From an uncultured Pseudobdellovibrionaceae bacterium (lineage in GTDB: Bacteria; Bdellovibrionota; Bdellovibrionia; Bdellovibrionales; UBA1609), in assembly GCA_963803705.1 (NCBI GenBank), contig CAWDNU010000004.1, positions 224,001 through 288,000 on the forward strand: a DNA stretch of 64,000 nucleotides, written 5' to 3'. This document shows positions 20,162-32,028 of the stretch, piece after piece. Within the stretch, counting starts at the first letter, position 1; the number at the start of each line of letters is the position of its first letter. Made by a program: the position numbers and the translations under genes. Below the pieces are notes generated by a model. The model saw nothing but the letters and a program-made list of their open reading frames with translations. It ran no database searches and was not told the origin of the DNA.

Positions 20162-20795
20162 CTAAATCAGATCAAGCTTTATCCGGTCTTCAAAGTGAAT
20201 TGAAAGCTGAGCTATCACCTGACCCCAGTTCCATTTAGGGGTTTTCCACCTTTGTGAAGTTTTTTTTAACAGCCAAATAAAGGATTTTAAATAGAGCATC
20301 GTCTGTTGGAAATAAGGCTCTGTTTTTTGTAACCTTTCGCATTTGCCTGTGAACATTTTCAACAATATTCGTTGTGTAAATGATCTTTCGAATATGATGA
20401 GAGTATTTAAAATAGCTTGAAAGTGTTGACCAGTTAGATGTCCAAGAGTTGATAACCACAGGATGCTTTTCACCCCATTTGGTTTTCAAATCCTCAAGAC
20501 TTTTTATGGCTATTTTTTCAGTTGCAGCTTGGTAAACAAGCTTTAAATCTTTTAAAAATTCTTTTTGATGTTTTGAGCCAACATACCTAAGCGAATTTCT
20601 AATCTGGTGGACAATGCAGGTCTGCACTTCAGTTTTAGGATAGATGCTCTTTATAGCATCAGGAAAACCTTTAAGCCCGTCCGCACAAGCTATTAGAATG
20701 TCACTGACCCCTCGATTTTGAAGGTCTGTTAAAACCGAGAGCCAAAATGTAGAGGATTCATTATCGCCAATGTAGATGCCCAAAACGTCTTTCAT
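20162..20795 (-). pseudogene. IS256-family transposase, C-terminal half only
   Basis: KDVLGIYIGDNESSTFWLSVLTDLQNRGV..DGLKGF..QTCIVHQIRNS..IYTTNIVE; frameshift in a T-run near 20265. Confidence 0.92.
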
Positions 20796-20880
20796 GCCAG
20801 CAGAGAATTAAAAACCAACAGCTTACCAAATTATTAAAATCAAAAAATTACAAGTCGAAATCTAATAATCTGAGCTCCTA

Positions 20881-20922
20881 TAAATAAAGAGCTTCGACAA
20901 TTCTGTCGAAGCTCTTTATTTA
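20881..20922 (-). terminator. Intrinsic terminator after the fasciclin gene
   Basis: AAATAAAGAGCTTCGACA-ATTC-TGTCGAAGCTCTTTATTT. Confidence 0.85.
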
Positions 20923-20972
20923 ACTCACAAATTAAAAATTTTAATTTTTTCTATTTAGCCAATTGATATTGA

Positions 20973-21569
20973 TTACTTAGGCATGACCACTGAATCAACA
21001 ACATGGATAACTCCATTTTTTTGCATTACATCAGAAGTAGTAACTGTTGATTTGTTGCCTTTCTCATCGGTCAAAATCACTTTCTCTCCATCCATCATTG
21101 CCATTAATGTTCCACCAGAAACAGTTTTCAGCTTAGCTCTGCTCTTCCCCTTTTTAATAGCATCAACAAGATCAGCGGCTGTCATTTTTCCAGCGACAAC
21201 ATGATAGGTTAAGATCTTTGTTAATTTCTTTTTGTTAGAAGGCTTCAGTAAGCTTTTTACTTTGCCTTTAGGTAATTTTTCGAATGCTGAATTTGCCGGA
21301 GCAAACACTGTAAAAGGTCCTGGACCTTTCAAAGTTTCAACCAGACCAGCAGCTTTAACTGCAGCAACTAAAGTTGTGTGGTCCTTTGAATTCGCTGCGT
21401 TTTCAATAATATCTTTTGAAGGATACATTTCTGCCCCACCGACTGTAACTGTAACTTCAGCTGCAGGCTTCGCAGCTTGTGTAGACTTTTTGTTAGCCTT
21501 TGATCTAGCGTATATTGGGTTGAAGGCTAGAACAATGGCACTCGCGATAAGTAAGCTATTTACTTTCAT
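20973..21569 (-). CDS. Fasciclin (FAS1) domain protein
   Basis: TLVAAVKAAGLVETLKGPGPFTVFAP, ILTYHVV, NGVIHVVDSV. Confidence 0.95.
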   Translation of the reverse strand: MKVNSLLIASAIVLAFNPIYARSKANKKSTQAAKPAAEVTVTVGGAEMYPSKDIIENAANSKDHTTLVAAVKAAGLVETLKGPGPFTVFAPANSAFEKLPKGKVKSLLKPSNKKKLTKILTYHVVAGKMTAADLVDAIKKGKSRAKLKTVSGGTLMAMMDGEKVILTDEKGNKSTVTTSDVMQKNGVIHVVDSVVMPK

Positions 21570-21768
21570 ATTAGTTTCCTTGTAGTTTAAATTTTTAGTT
21601 GTTTAATTTTTAATTAAATTAATTAAATAGCACCTAAGCTTAAAACCATTGATAAAAATTTCAAATAATATCTCTATATAAAACTAAAAGCCAGACCAGC
21701 ATTAAACCTACATGGCAATCATTAAAGATTTACTTCCCCTTAAACCCCAACTAAAGTGTCACAGGAAA

Positions 21769-23115
21769 TTATAAGATCAAATCATTGTCTCCATCAAGAT
21801 AATCCCCGTGATCTGTTGCAGAAACTGAAAGTCCAAAGCTTAAAACACCAACCCGACCCATTACCATTAAAGCTATAATTATTAACTTACCGAAAGATGA
21901 TAAGTCGCTGGTTAAACCCATGCTTAAGCCCACGGTTCCTAAAGCAGAAATGGCTTCGAACAAAATAATTTCAAATTGAGAGGACTCAGTATAATTCAAT
22001 CCAAATACACTTAACCCTAAGACAAATGTAAAGAACACAAAGGATGAGGCCGCGTACTGTAAGCGTTTCGGCGGAATTTTACGGTTGAGAAAAGAGATGT
22101 AGGGTCTTCTTTTTAAGGTGCTTCTCACTAGGCCCACTAACGCTGAAAAGGTTGTAGATTTTAAACCGCCCCCCGTCCCAGATGGAGAAGCACCAAAGAT
22201 CATCAGGAAATAGAGAATTAATATAGCCCCAGAACTCAACTCGCCTACTGGAACGGTATTAAACCCAACAGTCGACGTAGAAGTCATAGTTTGAAAAAAT
22301 GCAGCCAGCAGTCTTTCTCCTACAGGCATGTTTCTGAGCAAAGGCTCTAACAAAAAGATAAGCGTGGTTCCGAAAAATAAAAATAATGTTGTTATCAGAA
22401 GTATAATTTTAGAAGTGTAGAACAAACTGTCTTTTTTTCCCCTTATTTTGCTCCAAACATCAATCGCCACTATAAAGCCGACTGCTCCCAATATGCTAAG
22501 CACTGATAAAACCATGTTGATCGCATTATGATTCACATAAGATTCAAAACTATTGGAGTTTAAACTAAAACCTGCTGTGCAAAATGCAGAAATGCTATGA
22601 AAAAATCCATGCCACAGAAAATCTTTGACTCCTTCAAGCCAAAACAAAAGAGCAAGAACTAAAGCCCCTAATAATTCAACTACAAAAGTGAAAACTATCA
22701 CTCCTTTTAAAAAAGAATGCACGTCAACTGATTCCGGCAGTGGGAAAGCAGTTCTAGTCATATTTTCACGAGTAGATGAAAACCGGTGACCTGTTTGCAG
22801 AATAATAAAAGAACCAAAGGTCATATACCCAATGCCGCCTAACTGTATTAAGAGTAGTATAACTAACTCACCAAAAAAAGAGTAGCTACCACCTGGATCT
22901 ATTGTAACTAGGCCCGTTGTAGAAACCGCTGATGCTGCAGTAAACAGATTATCCAGTATCCCCACTGAAACGGTCTGACTGAAAGGCAGTAGTAATAGCA
23001 AAAAACCAAAAAGCATGTAGCTGACGTAGCCGAAAGATAACACCCTAATAGGATCTTTCTCGATTATTAGTTTTTCAAAGACTAAGAGTGAAGACTGGAT
23101 TTTTTTTAGCATCAA
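21769..23115 (-). CDS. KtrB/TrkH-family K+ transporter membrane subunit
   Basis: SAVSTTGL, SAFCTAGFS, GASPSGTGGGLK, SALGTVGLS, GRVG. Confidence 0.92.
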   Translation of the reverse strand: MMLKKIQSSLLVFEKLIIEKDPIRVLSFGYVSYMLFGFLLLLLPFSQTVSVGILDNLFTAASAVSTTGLVTIDPGGSYSFFGELVILLLIQLGGIGYMTFGSFIILQTGHRFSSTRENMTRTAFPLPESVDVHSFLKGVIVFTFVVELLGALVLALLFWLEGVKDFLWHGFFHSISAFCTAGFSLNSNSFESYVNHNAINMVLSVLSILGAVGFIVAIDVWSKIRGKKDSLFYTSKIILLITTLFLFFGTTLIFLLEPLLRNMPVGERLLAAFFQTMTSTSTVGFNTVPVGELSSGAILILYFLMIFGASPSGTGGGLKSTTFSALVGLVRSTLKRRPYISFLNRKIPPKRLQYAASSFVFFTFVLGLSVFGLNYTESSQFEIILFEAISALGTVGLSMGLTSDLSSFGKLIIIALMVMGRVGVLSFGLSVSATDHGDYLDGDNDLIL

Positions 23116-23209
23116 TTGGCTCCTGCTTTTCCAACACCTAACTATAAAGCTTTCTTTAAAATTACATATACTCGTTGCATCTTAAGGTTCAAATTTCTAT
23201 ACTTTCTGA

Positions 23210-25202
23210 ATGTTTGCTCAAATGGCGCATCAGCTACAACTTTTCTCGCTATTGCTATTTTTGCTAGCAACCATCAAATTTAAACCTGCAATTGAACTTC
23301 TTTCTTACGAGCAAAGCGTTTTAGCGCTCACTGGACTTATCAGTTTTAGCTTTTTGCTTAGCCTTGGTCACAAAAGCAAATTCAAGACATTTTTTTTACC
23401 GCTTACACTTGGAATCAGCATTTTACTAACAGTAAATAGCACCTACTTGCACCCTACCCTAGGGACTCTTGTTTTGTGCATTTTCACTTTTGGTTTCTTT
23501 CATTTTTTAAACAAAGACCACAGCTTTGTTCGTAATTTAAATATAAAATGGTCAAACCTTCTTGTTTCTGTTGGTTTGCTTTTGACCCCACTCTTTTTAA
23601 TAACCAAAGTTTCTGTTTTCAATGAAAACCTTTATGATTTCGCCCTGACCTTATCATCTATTTCAGTCTTGCAGTTATGCTCTGTTTTTTTAAAGTTCTA
23701 TTTAAGAAAAACTTCTATCATAATTTTGTCGACTCTTATATTGGTTGCATCTTTTTTATTTTTTGGACCATATGTTAGGTTTTTGTATATTTATAAAATA
23801 TTTTGCCTGATATTGAGCTTAACTTCATTTCTATATATAACTTTTAAATCGCGAAAAAAAATACTTACTAGTAACAATTACCAATTTCTTTTTTCCAAGC
23901 CACAACCAGTGGTTATTGGTTATTTTTTATTCACAGCAGCTATAGGAGCCTTTTTTCTGCAAACTCCGTTGGCTCAGGTGGATGCACTTAACAGATCATC
24001 TCTTGTTGACAGTTTCTTTACCGCACTAAGTGCTGTGTGCGTAACAGGTCTAATAGTTTTAGACACACCGGTTGATTTTACTTATTTTGGTCAGTTTATA
24101 ATTTTAATTCTTATACAGCTAGGTGGCCTAGGTATTACAACGTTAAGTGCTTGGGAGTCTACTAATGCTAAGCTCTGGTAGGTTGAGCGTAACACACGAA
24201 GACACTTTAAAAAGTATGTCAGGGCATTCAACTAAATTTGACATCAAGTCTTTTTTACAACGAATTGTTTTTTATTTTTTAACTATCCAATCCATAGGCG
24301 CGTTTTTACTATTTTTGGGTTTTTTAAATTATGAACCTTGGCCTCTGGCTCTATGGAAAGGAATCTTTACCAGCGTATCTGCATTTTGTAACGCTGGATT
24401 TTCTCTTCAAACAGACAGCTTAGTACCCTATCAAAATAATATATTTATATTGTTCACTGTAAGTTTACTTATTGTCGCCGGTGGGTTTGCACCGCTAATG
24501 GCATTAGATCTGCCAAACAAAATTAAGAATAAAAGGTTAAATCTGCAAGAAAAAATAGTAATCACTTCTACTCTAAGTCTTTTGTTTGTTGGCTTTTTGT
24601 ATTTTCTAACGGTGGAATGGAGTCAATCGCTTTCTCAACTTTCACATTCGGCCAAAGTTGCTAATGCTTGGTTTCAAAGTGTAACTTTGCGAACTGCAGG
24701 GTTTAATTCGGTTGATCTTACGGAAACCAGGGGCGTTACTCAATTTTTTATGATTTTTTTGATGTTTATTGGTGGTAACCCTGGAAGCACAGCCGGTGGC
24801 GTAAAAACTGTGACCATGGCAGTACTTTTTATAATGGCACTGAATGCATTGAAAGAAAATGATCAGGCACTAGTGTTTAATAGACGTATCCCTCAAAAAT
24901 TAATTTACAGGTCATCGCTGATCGTTTTTATAGGACTTGGAGTTCATTTCCTTGCATTTTTTTTGCTAAGCATGACACAGAATATTGATCCGATTAGCTT
25001 GCTGTTCGAAACTTTTTCTGCGCTTGGCACTGTCGGGCTCAGTACAGGGGCAACCACAGAGCTAGATGAAATAGGAAAGATCATCATCATTTTCTGCATG
25101 CTTGCCGGGCGGGTGGGCCCTTTAACTTTCATCTTATTACTTTTAAAACGTCGTTCCAAACAGAAATGGAAAACACCAGAGGAAAACATTTATATAACTT
25201 AA
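23210..25202 (+). CDS. Second KtrB/TrkH with long hydrophobic N-terminal extension (frameshift near 24150)
   Basis: SAVCVTGL, IQLGGLG, SAFCNAGFS, LRTAGFN, GSTAGGVK, SALGTVGLS across two ORFs. Confidence 0.85.
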
Positions 25203-25224
25203 CTATTTTAAAAGGAATTCTAAT

Positions 25225-25890
25225 ATGACAAAACAAGTGGTTGTTATCGGTCTGGGGCAGTTCGGCTTGGGCCTTATCAAGGCTTTAAGTGAAACCAACA
25301 CTGAAATTATAGCCGTTGATCGGGATGAGAAAAGAGTTGATCTAGCTTCAGCTTGGGTTTCAAAGGCACTATGCTTAGACGCAACAGACGAAGAGGCTCT
25401 TTCACAAATTAGACCCGACCTTAGAGACGTTTGTATTTGCGCCACTGGTGATGAATCTAAAGAAGTAGGAATTATCTGCACAGCTTTACTTAAACAGTTA
25501 GGCGCGAAGCGAATAATTTCTAGAGCTAACGATGATCTGCATGCAAGAATTTTAAAATTAGTCGGTGCGAACGAAGTGGTCAATCCAGAATGGGATTTTG
25601 GAGCACGTTACGCCCCTAGGGTGCTCAGTGAAAATGTGATTGGAGAAATGGTACTAGATGCCGATCTGGTTGTTACAGAAATCAACGCTCCAGAAAAGCT
25701 TTGTGGAAAGCCCTTATCTGCTTTAGATCTTCGAAGGATATACGGCATTACAGTCATAGCTCTGAAAAGTATAAAGACTGGTCAAGTAAAGCAAGCTGGA
25801 CCAGACGATATTATTAATGTCGGAGACATATTGATTTCAGCCTCAAGTAAGGATGCGATGAATAAACTTTTAGATAAAGAAGGTTCCTAA
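25225..25890 (+). CDS. ktrA: KtrA/TrkA-family RCK regulatory subunit
   Basis: VIGLGQFG Rossmann motif, LVGANEVVNPE, TrkA-C domain. Confidence 0.9.
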   Translation: MTKQVVVIGLGQFGLGLIKALSETNTEIIAVDRDEKRVDLASAWVSKALCLDATDEEALSQIRPDLRDVCICATGDESKEVGIICTALLKQLGAKRIISRANDDLHARILKLVGANEVVNPEWDFGARYAPRVLSENVIGEMVLDADLVVTEINAPEKLCGKPLSALDLRRIYGITVIALKSIKTGQVKQAGPDDIINVGDILISASSKDAMNKLLDKEGS

Positions 25891-25892
25891 GA

Positions 25893-26576
25893 ATGAACTC
25901 TAAATCCTACTTTTTAAGTATTTCAGCCACTGTTATTATCTTAAATATTTTGATAGGTTTAAGTGCAATTTTTTTGGTCGAAAGAATTATACCAGCTATC
26001 AATCAAATTCTTGATGACAATGCTTATTCGGTCAACGCCGTTGTAGAGATGATGGATACTCTTTCGGTCTCGACAGAAGTAAACGATAACGAAGAAATAT
26101 TCTGGAACAGTTTTGATAATGCGAAAGGAAATATTACGATCCAAAACGAGGGCGTGCTTATTTCAGAAATTAGGATAGCAGCTAAAGTCTACTGGAAAGA
26201 TCCAACCCAATCTAAAGATAAGTTAGTTGGCTACTTGACTAAACTAGCTCAGATGAATCTTAAGGATATGAAGCAAAAAAAAAATAAAGCAGAAAGGCTA
26301 GGTGTTACAGGTTCGTGGGCCTTGGGTTTTTTAATTTTGATTTCATTAAGTATTCAGTTGATTTTTCGTTCAAAGTTTTTTGGCGGACTTATAGTCCCTC
26401 TGGAACAAATTTTTGCTGTTTTAAAGGACTATAACGAGGGTAATTCCTTAAGAAGATTTGTCGAACAGAGAACTTATTTGAACGACATAAGAAAAATTGG
26501 AATTATTATAAATACAATTCTGGATCAGAAACTGTTAAATCAAAACGACAAAAAAAAAGTCTCTGAAAAAAATTGA
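25893..26576 (+). CDS. TM / four-helix sensor / TM / HAMP-like protein without kinase domain
   Basis: Two TM segments flanking ILDDNAYS...NITIQNEG...MNLKDM; HAMP-like C-terminus. Confidence 0.55.
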   Translation: MNSKSYFLSISATVIILNILIGLSAIFLVERIIPAINQILDDNAYSVNAVVEMMDTLSVSTEVNDNEEIFWNSFDNAKGNITIQNEGVLISEIRIAAKVYWKDPTQSKDKLVGYLTKLAQMNLKDMKQKKNKAERLGVTGSWALGFLILISLSIQLIFRSKFFGGLIVPLEQIFAVLKDYNEGNSLRRFVEQRTYLNDIRKIGIIINTILDQKLLNQNDKKKVSEKN

Positions 26577-26600
26577 AAGCTATTTTAAATTTTTTTGTAA

Positions 26601-28818
26601 CTACGAAAGCGAAATTCTTGTAACTCCGATGACTTCGGGTATTTTCTGAAGCTCTTGCATAACTAAAGCTAACTGGGAAGTGTCTTTAACACTTACGTCA
26701 AATAGGCAGATAGCTTTATTATCACGGGTCGTTCTAATTTGCGCATTGTGGATATTTACGCTTTTTGCGTTAAAGACCTCGCTTAATCTAATAAGTAGTC
26801 CTCTGGTGTCGGAACTAATAATTCGCACCCGAACCAGACGATCTACCTGGGACTTTTGTACATTCCACTGCACATCAACCCTGCGGTCTTCGTCCATCTC
26901 GAAAGTCCGCGGGCAGTCAGCTCTGTGAATCACTATACCTCGCCCCAACGTTACAAAACCAGTGATGCTATCGCCTGGTATTGGGTTACAGCATTTGGCG
27001 TAATGAACCAAAAATTCTGACATACCATCTACAACCACTAACGAAGAGGATTTTCTTTTTTTCTCGACAGCAGCTTTAAATGCTTTTTTGATATAGCCTT
27101 GTTCTTCTTCTTCTGTTTGGACCTGTTTACTTAAATCTGCGAACAACTCGATTAGCTGCTGAGGAATAATTTTTCCGTAGCCTGCTTGAACTTTTAGATC
27201 GTCTGTAGAATTACATCCCCGATCTTTCATAAATCTATCAAGTTCTGGATTCTTTAAATATTTAGAAAAACTTGATCCCACCTTTCTAAATGCTTTATCA
27301 ATTAAGATACTACCAACTTCAAAAGCCTTTTGGCGCTCCTCGGTTTTAATAAAGGCTCTGATCTTAGTTTTTGCCCTGGAAGTAGCGCACATTTTAAGCC
27401 AGTCCTTTGAAGGCTTTTGGTTATTGAGCGTTAAAATTTCAACGAAGTCCCCGTTTTTAAGCTTGTATCTTAGGGGCACACCCTTTCCATTGATCTTTGC
27501 GCCAGCACATTTTAGTCCTACCTCTGTGTGAACTGAAAAAGCAAAATCAATAGGAGTCGCCCCATCGGGAAAAGCCTTTACTTCGCCTTTTGGTGTGAAT
27601 ACGTAAATGTCACTTTCAAATAGATCAGACTTTACGTTTTCTAAAAACTCATCAGAATCACCTGTTTGCTGATGTAAAGACACTAATTCGCGAAGCCAAT
27701 TGAACTCTTCGGCTGAAACTTCACCAGTGTCTTTTTTGCCGATAGATTCAGTCTCCTTATACTTCCAATGAGCAGCAATTCCCTGTTCTGCAATGATGTC
27801 CATTTCGGATGTTCGGATTTGAATTTCGATACGTTTCGAGACCAGGACCTATCACTGTGGTGTGCAGACTTTGATAGTTGTTGGACTTTGGCATGGCGAT
27901 AAAGTCTTTAAATCTACCTGGCACAGGTCTCCAGACAGAATGTATATGTCCTAAAGCTTCATAGCATTCAGACACACTGTTCATGATGACTCTAAATGCA
28001 AGGACATCATTCACTTGCTCGTAATCAATATTATCATTCATCATTTTTTTGTGAATTGAATATAAATGCTTTGGGCGTCCTTTCACTTTAAATTTAGCGA
28101 ACAACCCTTAAGCTAGGACTTTAGAAATTTCTTTCTTTACGTCCTCTATATATTTTTCTCTTTCATTTTTCTTGCTCTGAATCCGCTGGCTTAGATCATA
28201 GTACGCCTCGGGGTTGCCATATCGAAAGCTCAAATCCTCAAGTTCGACTTTCAGCCAGTTGATACCCAAGCGGCTAGCAAGCGGAGCATAGATATCTTGA
28301 GTCTCTTTGGCTTTCTGCTCTTGTTTAGCAAAAGGCATATGATCTAAAGTTCTCATATTGTGGAGGCGATCCGCTAATTTGACCAGGACAACTCGAACAT
28401 CTTTCCCCATAGCGACGATCATTTTACGGATGTTTTCGCCTTGCTTTTCATGGGTATTTCGAAAGCTCATTTGAGTGATTTTGGTCACTCCATCCACTAA
28501 GTGAGCCACAGCTGGTCCGAATTTCTTTGCTATTTCATCAATGGTCGCCTTTGTGTCTTCCACCGTGTCATGCAGTAGGCCTGTGGCAATGGTGTCCATG
28601 TCCAGTCTTAGGTGAGCTAGAATAGCCGCAACACCAAGAGGGTGTGAAATGTAGGGTTCACCACTTTTTCTCTTTTGACCTTCGTGAGCCGCTTCTGAAA
28701 AGGCATAAATTTTCTTTAAGCGCTCACAATCAACTTTTGGATTATAATGACGAACAATTTCGCAAAGCTCATCGATGGTCTTTGGTGAGTAGGACTTGTC
28801 GTTTAATTTATCATGCAT
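26601..28818 (-). CDS. spoT: Bifunctional (p)ppGpp synthetase/hydrolase RelA/SpoT (two frameshifts)
   Basis: [39 protein letters not shown] domain, [13 protein letters not shown] domain. Confidence 0.92.
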
Positions 28819-29014
28819 ATTTTTTTATCACCTAGTGCCAAGCTTAAAATATATCATAACCTTAGGAAATTTGCTTAAAAAAAAACTTAAACTTGCTCAA
28901 AAGCAAACAAAAATTAATAAAAAAAGGAAAGCTTAAGCTTTCCTCGGTAACTAGTGACTTTAATTAATTGTCTCGGTCCCATTTAAGAAAGTAAGGTTAG
29001 GACCTTTGAAACTA

Positions 29015-29263
29015 TTACGAACCTCGTAAAAGGTCTTTCTGAATTTCTGAAGATGGAGTTGAATCTACCCACTGGTTCCTATCAAAGGAAACAGTTCCCG
29101 CGGAGACCTCTCGAAGTGAATTAACAACATACTTATTGTTGCTTTTAGGAATAGTTAACTGGGACCCTTTAATCAGTTGTTTAGCACGCTTTGCCACTAA
29201 TAATACCAAAGCAAATCTGTTTTCAACTTTTTCAAGACAATCTTCAACCGTAACTCGAGCCAT
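29015..29263 (-). CDS. rpoZ: RNA polymerase omega subunit
   Basis: [21 protein letters not shown]. Confidence 0.96.
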   Translation of the reverse strand: MARVTVEDCLEKVENRFALVLLVAKRAKQLIKGSQLTIPKSNNKYVVNSLREVSAGTVSFDRNQWVDSTPSSEIQKDLLRGS

Positions 29264-29522
29264 TATTGACCTCCAATAGTCTTAAACATATAGCCTCATT
29301 CCGGCATGCATTCAAGGGGATTAAGCCTTATTTGGGCTTTCGATGACAATGAATTGTCATTTGAAACCATCACTTACCACTCTAAGTATGGCACACTTAC
29401 TGCTTTTAATTTAAAAAGGAGTCTTCATGCGCTTTTTCTTGTTTTTTGTCCTTCTGCTTTCCTACACAAGCTGGTCAGGCACCGGAGAACTTATTAGCCG
29501 TTGGTTTCTTTAAAACTTTAAT

Positions 29523-30086
29523 TTAGTTGTCTTTTAAGTAGGCTGATAAAACATCTTTAAAATTTGTGAAAGCCTTTGCGAAATCATCGTTCACTATCTG
29601 TACGTCAAACTCTGAGGCTCTTTTCATCTCTTCTTCAGCACTTTTCATGCGCACGTCAATATCTGGTGGCAGCTCGCCCTCTCGCTTTAAGATACGGTCT
29701 TTTAAAACATCAATGTCTGGCGGCTGGATAAATACGGTCAAACACTGAGGATACTTTTCCCTAAAAGTTTGCGCACCCTGAACATCCAAATCCATAATTA
29801 CAGCTCGATTCCTTGCCCAGTTCCACCGAAGCTCGTCCAAAGGGGTCCCGTAACTGTAAATGTGAACATTTGCCCATTCGATGAAGAAGTCTTCCTCTAC
29901 AAGTTTTTTAAATTTCTGCTCGGACACAAAATGATAAGGATCACCTTCAGATTCACCCGCTCTCATTTGTCTGGTCGTAAAAGTCGTGACGTCTCGAAGT
30001 TGGGAAAAATTTTTCAAAGCCTCGTCAATAAAGGTGTTTTTTCCGGCGCCACTAGGAGCGGCAACTATGATGAGTTTTTCTGTCAT
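29523..30086 (-). CDS. gmk: Guanylate kinase
   Basis: APSGAGK, TTRQMRAGE, YGTP, DVQGA. Confidence 0.95.
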   Translation of the reverse strand: MTEKLIIVAAPSGAGKNTFIDEALKNFSQLRDVTTFTTRQMRAGESEGDPYHFVSEQKFKKLVEEDFFIEWANVHIYSYGTPLDELRWNWARNRAVIMDLDVQGAQTFREKYPQCLTVFIQPPDIDVLKDRILKREGELPPDIDVRMKSAEEEMKRASEFDVQIVNDDFAKAFTNFKDVLSAYLKDN

Positions 30087-30101
30087 CTGTATAAATCCCT
30101 T

Positions 30102-30979
30102 TTATTCAATGTTTTGTACTTGCTGTCTTATTTTCTCAACAATTGATTTAGCTTGCATCACTTCTTGGGTTATTTTCACAGAACTCGACTTTGAGCCTAT
30201 GGTATTAACCTCTCGAAAAAGCTCTTGAGCATAAAAATCCAACTTTTTACCTTCGGGAATCAGCACTCACTAGTAATTTTTTACAAGCTTTTATGTGCTC
30301 TTTTAATCTGATGACCTCTTCTTTGATATCAGATTTGTCTACTAAAAGAAGTAGTTCTTGATTCAAGCGCTCAAGGTCAAACTCTTGTTTCCACTGCTTA
30401 ACCTTTGCATCCAACTTCTCTTTAAGTTCTACCACATGATCCTGAGCTAGCACTTCTAATTTAAGTCGAACTTTTTCAAGCGACATTAGCAAAGCTGAAA
30501 GCTCTTTCTGTAAGGCTTTGCCTTCACGCTGACGCTCTAGTTGAAAATCATTTATTAAATCATCTACAAGTTTCAAAAATTCAATTTTTTTTATCTGACC
30601 CAATGATATTAGATCGGCTTTCACTGAAGTCTTTGGGCGTACAAAAACATCACCATACCTTAAGATAAGATCAACTTCGTTTTCTAAATTTACTTTAAGT
30701 CCCGTAGACATTTTTTTTAACTTTTCGTGGAATTCTTTGGCCTTATTCAAGTCTAATACATTTTGTGATGAGCTTTCACTAGACTGGACTTGCACAAAAA
30801 TATCAACACTTCCCCGCGATACTGTTTTATTTACTTTTTGACGAACTTCCTTTTCTAAGAACATCAGATCTTGGGGACCGTGTAGTCTAAAGTCAAAAAA
30901 TCTGTGATTTACACTTTTAATCTTCAAACTGATTTGATCGATACTTTTTAAAGTCGGAACACCCGGTCATGCTATTCAT
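30102..30979 (-). CDS. yicC: YicC/YloC-family endoribonuclease (frameshifted)
   Basis: MNSMTG start, KSVNHRF, DIKEEVIRL; LDFYAQELFREVNTIGSKS in a shifted frame. Confidence 0.85.
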
Positions 30980-30980
30980 T

Positions 30981-32025
30981 TTATTCCTCCGTTTGGGCTG
31001 CTACCCAAGGCGAAGTGCAGCAGCCCAAAGCTTTAGCTTTTTCAATTTCATTTATAGCGTGAAACCAAACAACGCTATTATCTGATCTGAACCAGGTCAT
31101 CTGTCTTTTAGCCAAGTGCATAGTATTTTTTACGATCAAATTTTCAAGGTCTGATAAGGCAAGATCTTCATCTAAGTACATCAAAACTTCTTTATAACCA
31201 ACACTTTGTAGCGGCTTCCACATCTTTAAACCAAGACTTAGGTGGAATCTGACCTCTTCAATTAATCCACTTTTCAACATGTGCCCGACACGCAAACGAA
31301 CTCTGGTAAGTAGCTCTGAGCGGTTCAAGGTACAGTCCTAATTTTAAGTGATTTTTTCTGCTCGACTGACTTTTAATTTTCAGGTCAGAAATTTTAAGAT
31401 CTTGTGAAAAATAAATTTCTAATGCTCTGTGTATTCGGTAGTGATCGTTGGGATGTATAAAATCTAAAGCTTTTGGGTCTATCTCTTTTAATTTTTGCAC
31501 TTTTTCTAAATTGGATAACTTTTCTAGGAATAGAAATCTTATGTTTCATAGCTGTGCTTAGCTCATCAATATCTTCCATGCCGGTTTCAAGTGCCTGAAT
31601 ATAGAATCCACTACCACCAGTTATTAAAAAGTTTTTCTGTTAAGTAGCGAGCAAGGTTTAAACCTAGACTGCTCGACTAATTTTATGTCAACCACAGTAC
31701 TCGAATTTTCAGCAGACACCTTAATCTGATTTGTACTTGCAACTAGAAGAGACCACTTTTCTTAGATTTTTGAATTGCCGAACAAATTCTGCCGGCGCTA
31801 AAAAATTGTCCTGGCTCTGCGATTCCAAATAATAAGTGTTCAGCTTTTTCAAAGTCAGCTGCTGTGGGAAAAGCGGTTCCAACCTTTAATGTTTTAAAAA
31901 ACTGCAGACTATCACAGTTGACGATTGGCATATCTAAAGGTTTCGATAGATCTAAAGCAAGTTTAGATTTACCAGTTGCAGTTGCTACCTACTATAAAAA
32001 GATCACCCGATTTTAAAAGTTCCAA
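30981..32025 (-). CDS. miaA: tRNA dimethylallyltransferase (multiple frameshifts; start approximate)
   Basis: TATGKS, IVNCDSLQ, GTA, GGSGFYI, IHPNDHYRIHRALE, VGYKE, AKRQMTWF. Confidence 0.85.
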
Positions 32026-32028
32026 ACT

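Larger units (their letters stand above)
19438..20800 (-). mobile_element. 5'-truncated IS256-family element with passenger gene
   Basis: Terminal repeat AAGAGTGTAAGAAATTTTGTGTA at 19438; flanks homologous to element A; transposase C-terminal half at 20162-20795. Confidence 0.8.

Noticed and set aside
20983..21585. Antisense ORFs of the six-frame track (e.g. 20983, 21232, 41041-42219, 63434)
   Set aside because: Shadows of well-supported genes on the opposite strand, with no motifs of their own.
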